From the NCBI GenBank assembly GCA_965112155.1, contig OZ218105.1: a DNA stretch of 64,000 nucleotides; one strand, 5' to 3'. The translations under genes were made by a program, and so were the position numbers. The notes beneath the pieces are model-generated. The model saw nothing but the letters and a program-made list of their open reading frames with translations. It was not told the DNA's origin and did no database searches. This document shows positions 22,511-37,568 of this stretch, one piece after another. Each line of letters starts with the position of its first letter. The stretch's first letter is position 1. Source of the stretch: Podarcis liolepis (lineage: Eukaryota).

Positions 22511-24432
22511 AAGATGGTCTGAGAATATAAACAACTAAATTAAGATGGGCAAGTAAGCACTGAAAAGTAATGAGTCTATGCCAGGGAAGAGAGGGAGAAA
22601 GTGATTAATAGCGGATGGATAAACAACGACAGGAAATGAATTCCACTCCATATGGGTGATGAACATGTTTGACTTCTAAAATGTTAAACTGACAAAGTGC
22701 AACTAAGTGAAGAAGATGTAACATCCATTTGTCTTCAAATATCTGTACACACATTTTAAGCGTCTTTCATTTGCCTCTTTCACCCTGATTTCTACTGTAA
22801 TGGGGAGCTTAACTTTCATGCTGCTCTTCTTACACATGGCACTGTAACCAAAATATGACGGTCCTTGGAAACAGACTTACAATTTAATAATTTACTATTG
22901 CCCACCCTAGACAATTACACTTCCCTCTCACATGTCTTGGGGAGTAGGCCTGTACTTGCTACAAACAGCCTTCCAATCTGAAACAGCTACACACCATTCA
23001 GAACAGGCCATACAACAGAAATATGGAAACAGGCCTGTCCTTGTGGCAGACCCAGATGTCTACGCTGTTCCTATGTCTATTCTGGCAACAGGATCTATCT
23101 ATCTATCACTTAATCAACAAAAGTCTCTAAGCAGTTTACCTAAAACACTGTAATTACATAGAAATGTCATCCACAACATCAGGGGTTAATTCACCTGCTC
23201 ATCTTCCACAATGTGATGTGTACCATCATCTGCTAGCAATATCCCTCTGTGTTCTACACAGCAGAAAAAGACTAGTTTATACGCAAAAGATTAAATGAAC
23301 GCAAATCTGACACCAGAAATTTCAATATTAAAAATGCCAATGGGAAAACATTTCAGCCACCCAGAGCAATCTGTAAGTGACCTCAGGGTGACCATCCCAG
23401 AGCAAAGGAACTTCAAAGAGACACTGCAATAGGAAACCACTGAATTACAAGACATCAAGTGGTTCAGTGCTGTCACTTGTAGACTGAAAGAAGACAAAGG
23501 ATTTTTAGCGCATTATACGTGTTAATTTGCTTACCACTGCCAACCCTTGACATCAATAAAATATTACAGCAAAATATCATGCAATTAAGAGCTATTCTTT
23601 ATTAAATCAACACAAGAAAAAATGCTGAAAAGCAGAACTAGTGCGAAAATATATAATTTACCTGTAATATCTTTTCCTGTATCACCTACAGCTGAACGTT
23701 TTAAGTTGTTAAAAGTTTAATATGCATTTCAGCTTCACATCGGAACAAAATTGGCTACACAAAATCATACATTTGAAAGTTACCTCAAAGGTCCTCCAAT
23801 CTAACTCCCTGTTTGTGCAGAAAATATACAGGGTTATGTTTTGAAATTTTGTTCCAGGGCTTCCATTTTTAGCGCACAGCACAGTCTTGCTCAGGTAGCG
23901 TGATGAGAAAAACGTTTGTGTTACACACTATGGATTTCAGCCTATCTTTACCCAAATGAAGAAAACAAGGAAAAGCACAAGGTCTTTTAAATTTAAAATA
24001 AGCCAAGCAAAGATGCAATTTGAAGAATAAATTTCTATGTAGAAGCATAAATTGTGAGGCCATTAGACAGAAAGGTAAATAAGAATGGCTAAATGAAGTC
24101 AGAGAAATTGTGGGGCGAGGGGGGGGGGAGAGCTAAATAAATTCCTTTTATCAGTCTTCGGTACAAAAGCTTGGAGGAAAATATCATCTGAATTTATTGG
24201 GTGTTGTTGATAGAACACCTTTAAGGCTCATTCAGAAACTTCAGTCATTTTTGGTTCAGAAAAAAAAGGCTACTAAGGGAAATGAGACAGATGGTTACAC
24301 AATTTTGAATAACATGAACAGAATAGAGACAATACGTTTTGTGTCAAAATACTAAAATCTAGACTTGTCCAATAAAATTAAGTTTAGGTAAAGGAAAAGA
24401 AAACAACAAACAAAGCAGAATTTATTTACACA

Positions 24433-24578
24433 GGGGATATGGCTCAGTCCATAGAGCATGAGACTCTTAATCTCAGGGTTGTGGGTTCAAGCCCCATGTT
24501 GGGGAAAAGATTCCCGCACTGCAGGGGTTGGACTAGATGACACTCATGGTCCCTTCCAACTCTACATTCCTATGATTA
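24433..24578 (+). mobile_element. tRNA-Lys(CTT)-derived SINE with CR1-type 3' tail
   Basis: Head gctcagtccatagagcatgagactcttaatctcagggttgtgggttcaagccccatgttggg matches tRNA-Lys-CTT with mutations; tail gggttggactagatga...gtcccttccaactcta...tatgatt. Confidence 0.85.
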
Positions 24579-25005
24579 TACAGTTGCTGTATAATCTAAT
24601 AGAAGCATAGCTATCCCTGTCATGCCTTGCCATTTTCTTGGGGTGAGATGGAGATGGAATGCAGGACCAAGGGAACCTGACACTCGAGAAAAAATTCTGG
24701 GCTTTGGTCTGAGCTAGCAAAATACTTCTTATATACTTAAAAATGGGGAACTACTTTAGCTGTTTTTCTGCCTCACAATTTCACTTGAAAGACAGAATTA
24801 TGAGTGAAGCAAACAGTTTAAAAATAGCATACAAATTAGGGGGAAATCAGTACAGATTTGATTTGAAAAGCAATGGCACAGAAATGCTTTACTGGCTGCT
24901 AAATATTTTATGACTAAAATTTTAGCAATCTTGCTTGTACCCAAAATATGAGTGCATGCTTTTTAAGCTGTCAACTATCTTCATTAGAGCCTTCTTTGGT
25001 GTTAG

Positions 25006-25008
<3 letters not shown>

Positions 25009-25049
<41 letters not shown>

Positions 25050-25056
25050 TGTGTGT
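25009..25056. repeat. (GT)n microsatellite
   Basis: Direct reading. Confidence 0.95.
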
Positions 25057-26356
25057 ACACAGGAAGAACTGTGTCAGATCACTATCACATTACTTACACT
25101 TTGAGCTAAGGAAATAAATATATGTCTAAGGTGCCTCAAATGGCAAGACTACACATTAAGCTTTAAAGTTTAGGTTGCCTTGTCTTCTGAGGACCCAGAG
25201 TGGTAGATGAGGCAAGACACTTTTCAAACCAGATCCCTTCAGGGTACCCTGCAGGCTGTAGTCCTAGCCTGAAGCAAGGAAAGAGTTGGGACCTCAAAAC
25301 GGCGCTTTAAAAATACCTATCCCTTAGTTGGACCTAGGCCAAAGCCAGACGATACAGCACTTGATGAAAGCACATAAAGGTTGTGTATTCAAAGTATGTT
25401 ATAATTTTGCGCTGCCTCAGGATACTTGAACCATGCCTCTTGCAGGCATTACAACTGAGCAAGTGTGAATCTTCCTTCATAAACTGTTCAGGCTTGTCCA
25501 ATGTAACACGTTTTCTCCTGGCTATTGACAACAGAATACCTGCAGCCTTGCTCCTGAACAACTATTAGGCTATATTTGCTGTTTGCCCAGCCATGTGTGT
25601 CTGTGAATAGCAGATCAACCTCTCCTAGTGCACTTCCCTAAGAAAGCATCCCTGTCTTTTTCAAAACACACCCTGTGTATTCATCAGGTAAGGAAGCTAA
25701 CACTGCTTTCTATATAACAGACTGTGAACTTGATGGTATGCAGAGAAGGGAATCCATTTCTCATTGCATCCTTTGGGAAATGTATGCCAGAAGAAATATA
25801 ATAAAGGTATATGAAAAAGGTTTCTTTGGGGATTTTATCAGATAACAATTATACCAGATCTGTCAAAGACAAACACACAAACCAATCCAAGATTATTTTT
25901 TGTTAGTGTGGAATATTTTGTCTATAAGCAAATAATCAATGTGATGTTTCTTTAACTAGCTACAAGGAAAATAAATAACTTCAATGGATAACATGGAAGA
26001 ATGCTACCAAATATGAACTTCAGGATGTTTGAGTTCTGTAATCTCTCATTTCAGTAAATTTGAAGAAGGCCCATCATACTATTGCTCCTGCAATGTCAAG
26101 ACATACATCAATAAATTGCAAATAACTAAATTAAAGAAAAAGTAGATTATAGTTACAAAAAGTAATAAACAATTCCTAGCACTCCAACAAAACACTAAAT
26201 TAAAAGCAGGACTGATTCAATGCATATATATTATTTACACTTCAAATATTATGGAAGAAAAAAGACACAAGAATCATGACTGTAATAACCATGAAGATGC
26301 AGTTGCCAAACAAACAAAAACTATCCACAAGTCGATTCAGAAAAAAAAGTAACTCA

Positions 26357-26514
26357 GACTATGCATGCACCATACATTTAAAGCCCTCCCCCCCAAGAAT
26401 CCTGGAGTTTGTTAAGGGTGCTCTGTGAGGGACTCTTTGCAGTTCCTAGGATTATTTTTTGGAAGGTGGGAAGGGGGGTGAATGTGCTTTAAATGTATGG
26501 TGTATGTACACAGC
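26357..26514. mobile_element. Palindromic MITE (Harbinger/Chompy-like)
   Basis: Perfect 17-bp inverted repeat caccatacatttaaagc (26368-26384) / gctttaaatgtatggtg (26486-26502). Confidence 0.7.
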
Positions 26515-28776
26515 TTCCCTATAATTTGAAGTATATTTTGTCAGATGCGCAACATACGGCTTACTCATGAAAAGTGATGAATTTGTTCAAACGACATACA
26601 CACACACACAATTTTCTTTGAAGTATAACACAAGAATGTTACTGTATTGCAAAGAACTCCAAGGTTAGAAGTGTGATCCTAAACGTGTATACTAATTTGA
26701 TACAAAGTACAGAGCTCTGTTAAGTTTGCAGCTCCAAGAAGTTATACACAATCTGTCCTGCAGAAAGGGCAAAACGACCCATTTAAGTGTGGATGGCTCA
26801 CAGTTGCTTCAATGGCTAGTTACCTTGCAATAAACGCAGAAGCAGAGTCCTGCCATTTATTTATTAAATAAAATTTAAAATGCATATATATGCCCTGTCA
26901 TGGTGTGTGGGTGGGTGCTGAACAATGTATTCTTACATGTATACTATGTATTAAATGTATATCATCTACACTTAAAATTTCCTCCATGACCATTTAATCC
27001 AGCAGAACTTTACCAATATCACATAAAGTTAACAGTTCAAAGATGGTTTCCTTAAACTTTTATCTCAGTATTCTGTGGGGGAAAGATTTGGCCATTACAG
27101 GCACTCAAACACAAAGGTAAATAAAGTTCTTAAAATGAATGCTGATAATATGGAAAGCTCATCTTTACTGAGTAGGCACAAATTCGATCCAGCAAAATAG
27201 AAACGGTTTGATCCCCCTGATTTTATAGGACTAAAATCAGACTTGATTTAACAGAACTTAGATAGCTGAGTCACATGGTGTTCCTACTAAGTAGCATATG
27301 ACTATGAAGGTTTCTGATTTGAGAGTTGTGCTTAAAGCATTATCTGCTTCTCAATTGTTCTTACAATATTTTAGGTCCTTTTTACTTAAACAAATCCTAA
27401 CAATAAGGGTCTGTCAGCAAATATAGCCTTACAAGGTCCTGTAGTAATCAGTTTATGTGGAATGCAGCCAAATAATAAAAAACACCACAACTTATATTCC
27501 CCAAATGGTGAATTATGTCAGATAGAAAAATGCATTAGCTCAGCCACCTTATACCTATAATGCTATTTCACTGAATTCTTTATGAAAACTGAATATATGG
27601 CTCAAGTTATTGTTACTTAAACTCCCTAAATGAAATAAAGAAAGAAATGAACAATTTAGGGTTGTGAAATCAGCCAGTATAAAATTATTTAGTTCACAGC
27701 TACAGCTACCATGGTCAAATAACTTAACCCTAAAAGAAAATACAGTATTTGTTAAATGTAGCTTGTCAAAGCTAAACCTGCTTGGGGGCTGGGAGTTACC
27801 GGTAGAAGGAGCTTATCAAGGATTCATAAGAGATCTTTCTGAAAATGGCAGAAACCAGTCCTTGATTACACAATCTGGCATAATCATGGAGTTCTTTCTC
27901 CTGTATTCCTACTGTAATACACAAATTGCATGACTATCTTTTATCTGTGCTATTCTTCATAAATGCAAAGGCATTAATTTGTATGGTGCTTAAGGAAGTA
28001 TACTTGTTAATTATTGTTTCCTTTGCATCCCCACCTTGAATTCAAATCACCTTCATGTGCAGAGCTTTGCCTGCAAGAGGAGTGTTTTACCTACGGGTCA
28101 TCTGACATCATTGTGACCGACAGATGGGCAACACTGTCCACCTGTCAAAATGGCCTGAGGGGGTAGACAAGGCCAGGATCCAACCTGCCAGCCAGATCTT
28201 ATTCCCCACCCCCTGCTGTAAGAAATGAGAGATTGGAAGGAGACAGATTATATAGCAGAATTTCCTTCTTTACAAAGGATGCAATTCACATCCAGTTGTG
28301 GTTACCAGCAAAATTTTAATTTACATTCATGGGTTTGGATGGTACCCCATTGTTCAGAAGCATCAATTCACTGTTCCCCAATTCATTGTTCAGTAGCACC
28401 AATAGACATGTGGAGAACCCAGTAAGGGTCTGAAGTTGAAAGCATGTAGGCAGTGACTGTATGGTGGTTGAATTGACCAGGATCTTCCATGGTAGAGATT
28501 TGAAGGAGGTTGTATGCCTTCACTGGTGTTTATTCCTCCTTATCACTTAGCAGAATAATAGTATTATTTTTTTTTAAAAAAAGAAGTTTAATTATCACTA
28601 ATACTTTAGAATTTGGATTACTCTCATGTAGAACATTTTTTAAAAGTATAGCATATAACCAACCTTGCTAATATATTTCTATATATCGGTAAAGAAGGTG
28701 AGAAATCAACTGCATTTTATGGAGCCGGGTCCACCCACAACCAAAGTATATTGTTTCTTCCCAAACTTGCAATAAT

Positions 28777-28780
<4 letters not shown>

Positions 28781-28842
<62 letters not shown>

Positions 28843-28851
28843 TACACACAC
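28781..28851. repeat. Compound (CT)n(CA)n microsatellite
   Basis: Direct reading. Confidence 0.95.
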
Positions 28852-30214
28852 CATTAAGAAAATTTGTCTTCAGGGTTAGAAAAAAATGTCATGTGCAGTA
28901 CCGGCTTTAAATGGATGATTTCTTCTAGCTTATCCCAGAATGGCATTGACTTGACAAATGTGGGAAAGTCCACAGCTGTGAGATGGGGGCTTAGGTTGTG
29001 GGCTCTTGGTCAATTGAAAGGTTGCATTAAATGTAAATTATAGGTCTGTTACTTAGATATATACCCTTCTCAACCAGGTGAAAGGCAAACAGGTCCTGCA
29101 CTAATTCACAGATGAACTTGCTGGCAAAAGCAAGCGAAGAGGCAAGCAATTATAACCTTCATCCCGGATGAAAAGGCATTTAATATAAAACTATGCCAAA
29201 CATGTTCTGTTTTCTTTTTTATATGAAAAACTTTGCGCTTTCTCCTTTCATATATGCTACGCAAAACTGGCAGTAACAATGGCCTTTTATTGAGGATTTA
29301 TTGAAACAAATCCCTGCATTTTCACTGTTTTTCTTTTCCTTCTAATATTTACAGCTTATTATTAACGCCAACATCACATTTCATCTGCACAAATGCCGAA
29401 GGGTAAAAAAAAGTCACACACACNNNNNNNNNNNNNNNNNNNNNNNNNNNNNNNNNNNNNNNNNNNNNNNNNNNNNNNNNNNNNNNNNNNNNNNNNNNNN
29501 NNNNNNNNNNNNNNNNNNNNNNNNNNNNNNNNNNNNNNNNNNNNNNNNNNNNNNNNNNNNNNNNNNNNNNNNNNNNNNNNNNNNNNNNNNNNNNNNNNNN
29601 NNNNNNNNNNNNNNNNNNNNNNNNNNNNNNNNNNNNNNNNNNNNNNNNNNNNNNNNNNNNNNNNNNNACTCTATCAGACAAATAAGATCTATCAGTCACA
29701 CAACTTGAAGCCAATCCTAGAAGCATCGTCTACACAAGCTGAACCTGTATGCATATGAACTAATGATAGCTCACCATTTCTTTTCAATCTTTGCTTTTAA
29801 CGCAGCTATTCAAAGGCATAAAATGGGATAAAAAAGACTGAGAAATGTTGCATTAAGAGGACAGTAACAGGATTAACAACATCAAGAGTCGCAGAATACT
29901 GAAATGTTTTTGTATTAATAGAAAAACTTTACTGCCTTCGAGTCTAGAATGCAGTGCTAGAAACTATGTACATTTTCTTAATCTCTCATAAAGGAAAATG
30001 TTTTTCTGCAAATATAAAGCACTGTGGATTCTTCCTTAAGCCCTTCAGTGTTATTAAAAGCTGCACACAGAAACTCCATGTGTACATCAAGGTGTTTGTT
30101 TTAAACTACAAGGCTGGACTGGAGCACCACAACTAAAGGCTTGAGATAGCCCCAACATTGGAAGAAATCTTTGGAACCTCCGCCAACAGCCTAATAAGGG
30201 TTGGGTATTCTTAA

Positions 30215-30567
30215 GGTAAAGGTAAAGGGAGCCCTGACCATTAGGTCCAGTCGTGACCGACACTGGGGTTGCGGTGCTTATCTCTCTTTATTGGCCGAGG
30301 GAGCCAGCGTACAGCTTCCAGGTCATGTTGCCAGCATGACTAAGCCGCTTCTGGCGAACCAGAGCAGCGCACGGAAATGCAGTTTACCTTCCTGCTGGAG
30401 TGGTACCTATTTATCTTCTTGCACTTTGACATGCTTTTGAACTGCTAGGTTGGCAGGAGCTGGGACCAAGCAATGGGAGCTCGCCCCGTCGCGGGGATTT
30501 GAACCGCCAACCTTCTGATCGGCAAGTCCTAGACTCTGTGGTTTAACCCACAGCGCCACCCGCGTCC
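30215..30567 (-). mobile_element. Sauria SINE, full length
   Basis: 5' ggacgcgggtggcgctgtgggttaaacc, B-box ggttcaaatcc, (ACCTTT)n tail; 13-bp TSD tgggtattcttaa at 30202-30214 and 30570-30582. Confidence 0.95.
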
Positions 30568-30860
30568 TATGGGTATTCTTAATGAGCACCTAATGTTGAC
30601 TGGCTGGTGGGGAATGGGAAAGTGTGGGGAGAGTAATGGGTGAAATATCATAGAAGAGGGCATGGCTGGCTGGCTGGCTGGCTGAAACCCTGAACAGGAT
30701 TACTGCAATAACAAACTCAAGTGATTGAAGTGAAACAGGTCGACCCAAGGAAGTAGCTTCTACATATTTGGGGTACTCCCTGTGTATGCATCACTTCAGA
30801 AATAAAGGGAAATGGAAGGCTGGGGGAAGAAAGAAAATTGGATCGTGAACGCACCTAACA

Positions 30861-30999
30861 CAGGTGTGGAGAACCTGTGATCCTCCAGATGCTGTTGAAC
30901 TACAACTCCCATCATCCTTGAGCATTTGCTGTGCTGGCTAGAGCCTATGGGAGTTGTGAGTCCAGCAACATCTTTAGGGACAAAGGTTCTCTACCCCTG
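30861..30999. mobile_element. Palindromic hAT MITE
   Basis: Termini caggtgtggagaacct / aggttctctacccctg; internal inverted actacaactcccat / atgggagttgtg; degenerate 8-bp TSD acctaaca/ccttaaca. Confidence 0.8.
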
Positions 31000-31222
31000 C
31001 CTTAACAGCTTACAGTGAGCATCCTGCAGGGGGATATTATGTTTGGAGGGTTATACATTGCAAGGTATACTTGTAGTACTGGTATCTTAATAGGTGCTGA
31101 AGCAAAATAATTGCCTGTGGTCATCTATTAGTCAAGTGCAAGACAACCAAAATATTTTGCTTTACCACATTTTAAGTTACCAGTTCTATCACTATTATAA
31201 ATAATAATAAATACTATTTATT

Positions 31223-31250
31223 AATCAATCAATCAATCAATCAATCAATC
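31223..31250. repeat. (AATC)n microsatellite
   Basis: Direct reading. Confidence 0.9.
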
Positions 31251-32132
31251 ACATTCTACATGCATCTCAAGGTGATTTACAAACATACACTATCAAATAT
31301 AAAAGAATACACTGAAATGCTGTTGGTAATACTGTAATTTGCTACAATTAGTTGTACCCAACATATTTCAATGGAAATATTTACTGTTCTATTTCTGAAT
31401 CGCTTTCAGTTTCTAAAAATAGACTGTTTTACCTCCAAGAATGTAGTGATTTTATTCTAGATTCAATTTAATTACAAACATTTCTACAAATAAATAGAAT
31501 ACCAATACAGTCAACCACTATTTCATGAGGGGGTTCCGTTCCTGGTCCCTGAATACCCCCCGCTCTGCCCCCCTTCCATCCTTTTAGTGAGATGATTTGT
31601 GACATTTCTGGTCACTTCTGGGTTTGGCACCATGCACACATGCATGTCTTTCAGACACATGTTAGTTGGTTGTTGCCTGTTCACACAATCTACATGGCCT
31701 ATTTAATGACAAATTCTAATGTGCCACAATATTATATTAATAGTATCCATTTTAGCCTGATGCTGAATCACAAAAATACTATGGAAAGCAAAGCAAGAGA
31801 GCCCTTATTTTTAGGTATGCACAAAATTATGTATAGCAGTTTTCTTAAGCTAATTAAGATCAATATCAAGAAATGAAATTTGTATCCTCTTAGCAAAATG
31901 CCTTCATAACAAATTGAAAGAGGAGAAATTATGGATATTTAAGGTTAAAGAAGAAAGGTGCAATATCTAAATAATAAGATAAAACATGAAAGAATATGCC
32001 AACCCCAAAACTTCATAAATGCGTACGGATAATTCTCTTTTATCAATCACTTATATTATGGAAATCAGTTTAGAATCAATGTCAAATAATTATGCATATG
32101 TATTTTCTCCATCTAAATACAATTTTAAGATT

Positions 32133-32300
32133 GTGAGCTGAGAAGTCACCAGTTCAAATATTACCTCAGCCGTGAACTCACTAGGTAGCCTTAGGCAAGC
32201 CATTAGTCTCTCAGCTTCAGCCCCACATCTGCAATATGGAGATAATAATGCTAACTTATCTAAAAGGTCTGCTGTAAGGAATGCATGTTAAAAGCTTTGA
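32133..32300 (+). mobile_element. MIR/Ther1-like CORE-SINE
   Basis: ccagttcaaat B-box remnant; ccttaggcaagcca...ctctcagcttcagccccacatctgcaatatggagataataat resembles the CORE domain. Confidence 0.7.
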
Positions 32301-33876
32301 ACATTTAAAATGAACGATGTGTACTTGTTGTTGCTGTTATTATTTGTATTATAGTATGGTATTATAGTTTAATGCACTTGCTAGGATCCAAAGGGCTACT
32401 TTAGACACGCCAGAGGGTTTAGTGTCTTATATATTGCAGATTCCTATGCCATTCCACAAACTGCCTTTGAAAGTCCTTGCAATTTCAAAAGTTGGGGCTC
32501 AGGAAACAGCCATTCAACAACGCTTGGACACATGAAACTACTTGTGTAGTTCACTGGATCCTAGCCAATGAAACAACTTCCTTTTAATCCCAACTTTATT
32601 TAAATCGAAGTAAAAGTCCCTATGAATACCAGTATCTGACATTTATGAACATTTTTCTCTAAGGATAAGCCTACCTGTATACTCCTGAAAGAGGCCTTAA
32701 ATGCCTGTGTTGCATATGTAAACAGATAACTTTATGCCTAGCAGGCATTTTGGGAACATCTGTCAATTTTTTTATGGAATGCACTGATTGTGGGCTATTG
32801 ATTGCATTTAAACAAAGTTGTTGCGAAAAAAAATCAGCTAACAATTCGTGTAGAAAGAGTTGATCAATATNNNNNNNNNNNNNNNNNNNNNNNNNNNNNN
32901 NNNNNNNNNNNNNNNNNNNNNNNNNNNNNNNNNNNNNNNNNNNNNNNNNNNNNNNNNNNNNNNNNNNNNNNNNNNNNNNNNNNNNNNNNNNNNNNNNNNN
33001 NNNNNNNNNNNNNNNNNNNNNNNNNNNNNNNNNNNNNNNNNNNNNNNNNNNNNNNNNNGCTTACTAGTTCTTCTCAGTGTATAGTACTGCAAGATGAAGG
33101 AATGTACGGTACATGGAAAACACAGAAAACCAAGAGCATTTACAGATATACTAAAAGGTAAGGTATTTTATGATTTTTAATTCTCTTAAAATAAAAGCAG
33201 GAAGACTTCTCCCAGAAACATACCCTGACAAAACTATGCTTACTAAAGTGAAAAAATACATTGTGTGTATGTAACAGGAATGTAAAATGAATGCAGTCTT
33301 TGCTTGCTGTTGCTGTTAACTAACATTCAGTGTCTTTCATTAAATCTATATCAAAGGTGTTTTTAAGGATGGTACTAGAATTTTGTGTTTTAGAATGTTC
33401 AAATACACAAATGTAATGTGTGCAGGTTGGGGAAGGTCAAATAGATACAGTACGTGTATCTTATGCTTATGTCATGCTTATGCGTCTGGAAATATTTTAA
33501 AGAGAGGTGTGCAGTACAATCTTACATCCATTTACTTGGTAGTAAGTCTAATCATGTTCAGTGGGACTTGGTCTCAGGTGAAGGTCTGCAAACCTTAGGA
33601 TTCAATACTCTTACTAGGGAGCCTCATTGAATACAATGGGACTTCTGAGCAAACAGGCATCGGATTATCCTTAGTTTCCAGTTTGGTTGAAAAAGCAAGC
33701 ATATTATTATTGTGCATTATGATATAAACACATTTTAGAGGATTTGGCAAAATTTGGCACTTTTTTTCTTCAGATGTACAAGAAGAAAACAGAAGATTAT
33801 ACATTTCTCATTCATGCACAGAATATCAATGCTACTGGAGCAAGAATACTACATTTTCTGGATATTTTGCATACTG

Positions 33877-33968
33877 AGGTTGCAATCCTGTAATACTTAT
33901 CCGGGAGTCAATCCCATTGAACTCAATGGAACTTATTTCTGAGTAGATATGTCTGGGGTTGCACTGTA
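33877..33968. mobile_element. Quasi-palindromic MITE (same family as 11215-11304)
   Basis: ggttgcaatcctgtaatacttatccgggagtcaatcccattgaactcaatggaacttatttctgagtagatatg...ttgcactg with a central ccattga..tcaatgg hairpin. Confidence 0.7.
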
Positions 33969-34649
33969 AGTTAAACATATAATGTAAACATACAGTATCA
34001 GTCATATGTATATGGGATTTGTTTTTATTACATTTAGTCTGTAATGCTATGACAACATCTTGTTTTTTGCCTAAACAGAAGGCAACAAAACTAAACAAAA
34101 ATGTTGATTTAAATGTTCCTGTATTAGCTTTAGGAGGTGAACTTTTGTTCATATTGCCTTTTGCTTTACATTATTCTGTTTAGAGACAAAGGAAGGCAAC
34201 AGCAAAATTAATAGATTGCTGTACACTGAGAAAAGCTTCCCTGTGCAGCAACACAGTATTATTTGATGTGGGACAGGGTTAACTGAGGATGACTTTAGCT
34301 GGCCTTGTTTTCCTAGGCATGACTGTGTTGTATTCTTTCGTGTGTGTTCTCTTTTTCTCATAGCCTAAAAATGTCTGTAAAATGAATCAATAGTATTTTA
34401 GCTTGACCTGGTTATTACCTATATATTTTCTGTGAGGCAGTAAAACGAAACAGTACAATTAGGTAAAAACATCATAACTTTTAAAGTTCATTTGTTTTTA
34501 TTATCTAGTTATATAGTTTGGGAAAAAAGAAAAGAATTTACAGTCAATTTGGTGCTGACCCTACAGAAAAATGTATCTAAATGCAAAACAAAACAAAAAT
34601 CAGGCTTATTTTATTGCACCTTTAAATACACAACATTTGTTTTGGGAGC

Positions 34650-34676
34650 AATAAATAAATAAATAAATAAATAAAT
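34650..34676. repeat. (AAAT)n microsatellite
   Basis: Direct reading. Confidence 0.9.
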
Positions 34677-37568
34677 GTGCCTTAATCCTATCAGAATTAA
34701 CAGGATTTAAGCATTTAGCTCTGTACGTAAATCCTATTAAATTTCAATGGGATTTACGTGCACTTACACTTTCTCAAGCAAGCACCCTGTGTTCTTTTTA
34801 TGGCCACTTCAGTTTAAATTGTCCTAAATGTTTAGTTCTAGATTGGTGGATTGGTTGAAATTCAGGGGATTAAGGTCACTAAAATCATGGTTTAAAGCAC
34901 TAAGAGAAGAAACTGTTTTAAACCATGTTTGTACATGTATTTTCTAAACAAAAGTACATATGCATTGGTTGGTCTAACCAATAAAACATACATTTTTGAA
35001 ACAAATGAATGCTTTTACTTTTCTTAGTTTTCACAGAGTAATCATTTTTTCCTTGTGGAGCCTATTATTCTGCATTATTGTCTATTAACAGATGGGCAAC
35101 TCAAATTAACAGAGTTCTGTTTGTTTCTGTGCTTATGTACAAACTCTAAGCAATGCCTTTTACTTAATGTCTTACAGAACATTCCTAAGTATAGGAAGCT
35201 GGCACAAGTTGCCCCTATTCCAAACTCCATTCAGAAACAGGACTACTGCCAGCTGAGATGGAGTGAACCTGGAAAAGGGAAAAAAGCTTTTAAAATAGAA
35301 TTTGACTTGCACTACTACATTACTAGCCAGATGGATCAACTGTCTGCATCAGTATAAGCTAGCTTCTTATGTTCACTTGGTGAAGGAATCCTGCAGTAGA
35401 AGTGGGAAAAGAATAGTGCCCTGTATCCGCAGTGCCCTGTTGATATGAAGCCCAGTCTCCAGAGCAAATTTTACAAAAGCAGATTCATTTTTAATAGTGG
35501 GAACCATGGGAACGACTTTCCTGTTGCTATTTTCCATCTGCTCTAAAAGCACAGAAATGGAGGATTCACACAGGGACCACGGGATTGCATGTAAATAACA
35601 ATATGTGTCCTTTTTTACACACACACGTTAGCATGATGCATCTCATATGATTCTGCTCTACTCACATGGCTCCTCCAATTGGATATTATCAGAATGCTGC
35701 GGATAGCAGTCACAAGGGAAGTGTCTTCCATGTCATTTCAGGCCAGTGCATGGATTAAACAATCTCTGTTCAATTCCCTCCCCACTTTATGATGAAATAA
35801 ACAGATTCACTAGTTTGCAGAAACACACAAGGCACCGTAATTTCTAGCTACAAATTGGATATGCTGAACGTATAGAAGGCCAACAGGACTACATCCGCTG
35901 GTCCTGTTCCAACGCAGTATGACTGGCTAGCTTTCACTCCGAGATCCATGCATTCAGTGCAATATCTGTAATGGCGGAAAGCTTTGCACAAACAACTTTA
36001 TGTATGTAAGCTTCCACACAAATACGGTTACCATTAGCATAGAGGTTGACGCACATACAGCTGGATGTTCTCCTTTTCAGATGATGAGCTCAGTACACTG
36101 TTCCACTGCTGGTGGAGGTGGGGGTCAGGGTCAGCAAAGTTCAGTGTTGGAGTAAGGGCCAGCAGGTGTATTGCCTCTTCGCTTCCATGCATTTAGCCTA
36201 CTTGTGGAAGTGAAAAGGGCTACTATGTGAACATCAAAGGGGTAAAAGCATTTTTATGGACTGACAGGGAAAGAAAATAATTCCATTAGTACAGCCTTTA
36301 ACCACACCAGCCAATGTCTCTGGGAGTACATTAGAGCTGCAATAGGAAATGGTTCCTAAAACATGGTTCTTATAAAATATGTAAAACTATTTTTAAAGAC
36401 AATAAAGAGATTCATAAAATTTATGACAATTTTAGAAATTCTCAAATAGTTAATAGGGGATGATGAACTGATCTGCTTTTTTAAAAAAACACCAAACAAA
36501 CCTTCTTATATCAACTCCACATTAATCTGTTAAGAATTTGCTTGCACCAAGTTGGCTGTAGCCAATCCTAAAACTTTGTCTATCCTTTTCACTGCAGGAT
36601 TCAGAAATTATTCCTCCACCTTGATGTACAAGTAAAATAACCTTGGACACCTGAGAATTTATCTATGGAAACTGTATTTCGCATTTATTCCATACATCTA
36701 TATTCAGACTGAAGGAGGACTGTGGAACCTAGCAGCTTTGAAGAAAGCTATTTTAATGACATAAAATGTACTCTGGTTGTAGCTTTTTCCAGATTTCAGA
36801 TTTTTTACTTCTGGAATGGGACCTCAGAACTTAATTCAAACAGGACAGGAGATCTGTATTGAGGATGAACCGCAGTGGGAAAACAATGGGAATGTAACCA
36901 GTGTATGCCTAAGAGGCAATACAGGTTATTCCTTACAAATAATGGAAATAAATGTTATCTAATTTCTGAAATTCCCTTATCAAGCTTGATCTGTCTCTGT
37001 GGAGTTTTGTTTCAGCTCTCTTATTGTATTTCTTACTAAAGACCAAAGTCACTGCTGATAAGACTTGATTTGAGATATAAGTGTAACATTCTATGATATC
37101 TTGTGGTGTAGGTAGTTCATTTAAGCCCAGGGCATTCCTGTACCACAATTTCAGAGAATCTTCACATCACTTTAACCAAATTGTGACAAACACACATGAA
37201 TAATTGCAGGAGGTGGTGCCACAGGGTATACAGTTGTTTCTGTATTCAAGTTGCTATACTCAGTCCATTCTAGTGCTCTCTGCTGAAATATGCAGCATGG
37301 TATAATCCTTTCACACTACAACATATAAAATATTTGCAATCATTCTGATACAGTGCATTATATTTGCAACATAAATATATGTCAAGTACACAACAAGGAA
37401 CATTCTACAGCTGACAAGTTCATATATTCTCTCTTTCACACTGCACAAATATGCAAATGTTTATGAAAATCAGTCACCTTCTCTCATATTGTGCTGATAC
37501 TTTAATTTAGAACTAAATGGAATGGAACTTCAAATCACATATGCCCCAGTGTGTGCTACAGTGATTAG

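Noticed and set aside
23195-23253. Possible minus-strand exon with good acceptor (tctttttctgctgtgtag) and CAG|gtgaat donor, EHRGILLADDGTHHIVEDEQ
   Set aside because: 59 nt would frameshift the phase 1-1 intron, and there is no ZFHX4 similarity; a poison exon cannot be excluded but is unsupported.
24433-24505. Apparent tRNA-Lys(CTT) gene
   Set aside because: Acceptor stem and D-arm are mutated and it runs directly into a CR1-type tail; it is a SINE head.
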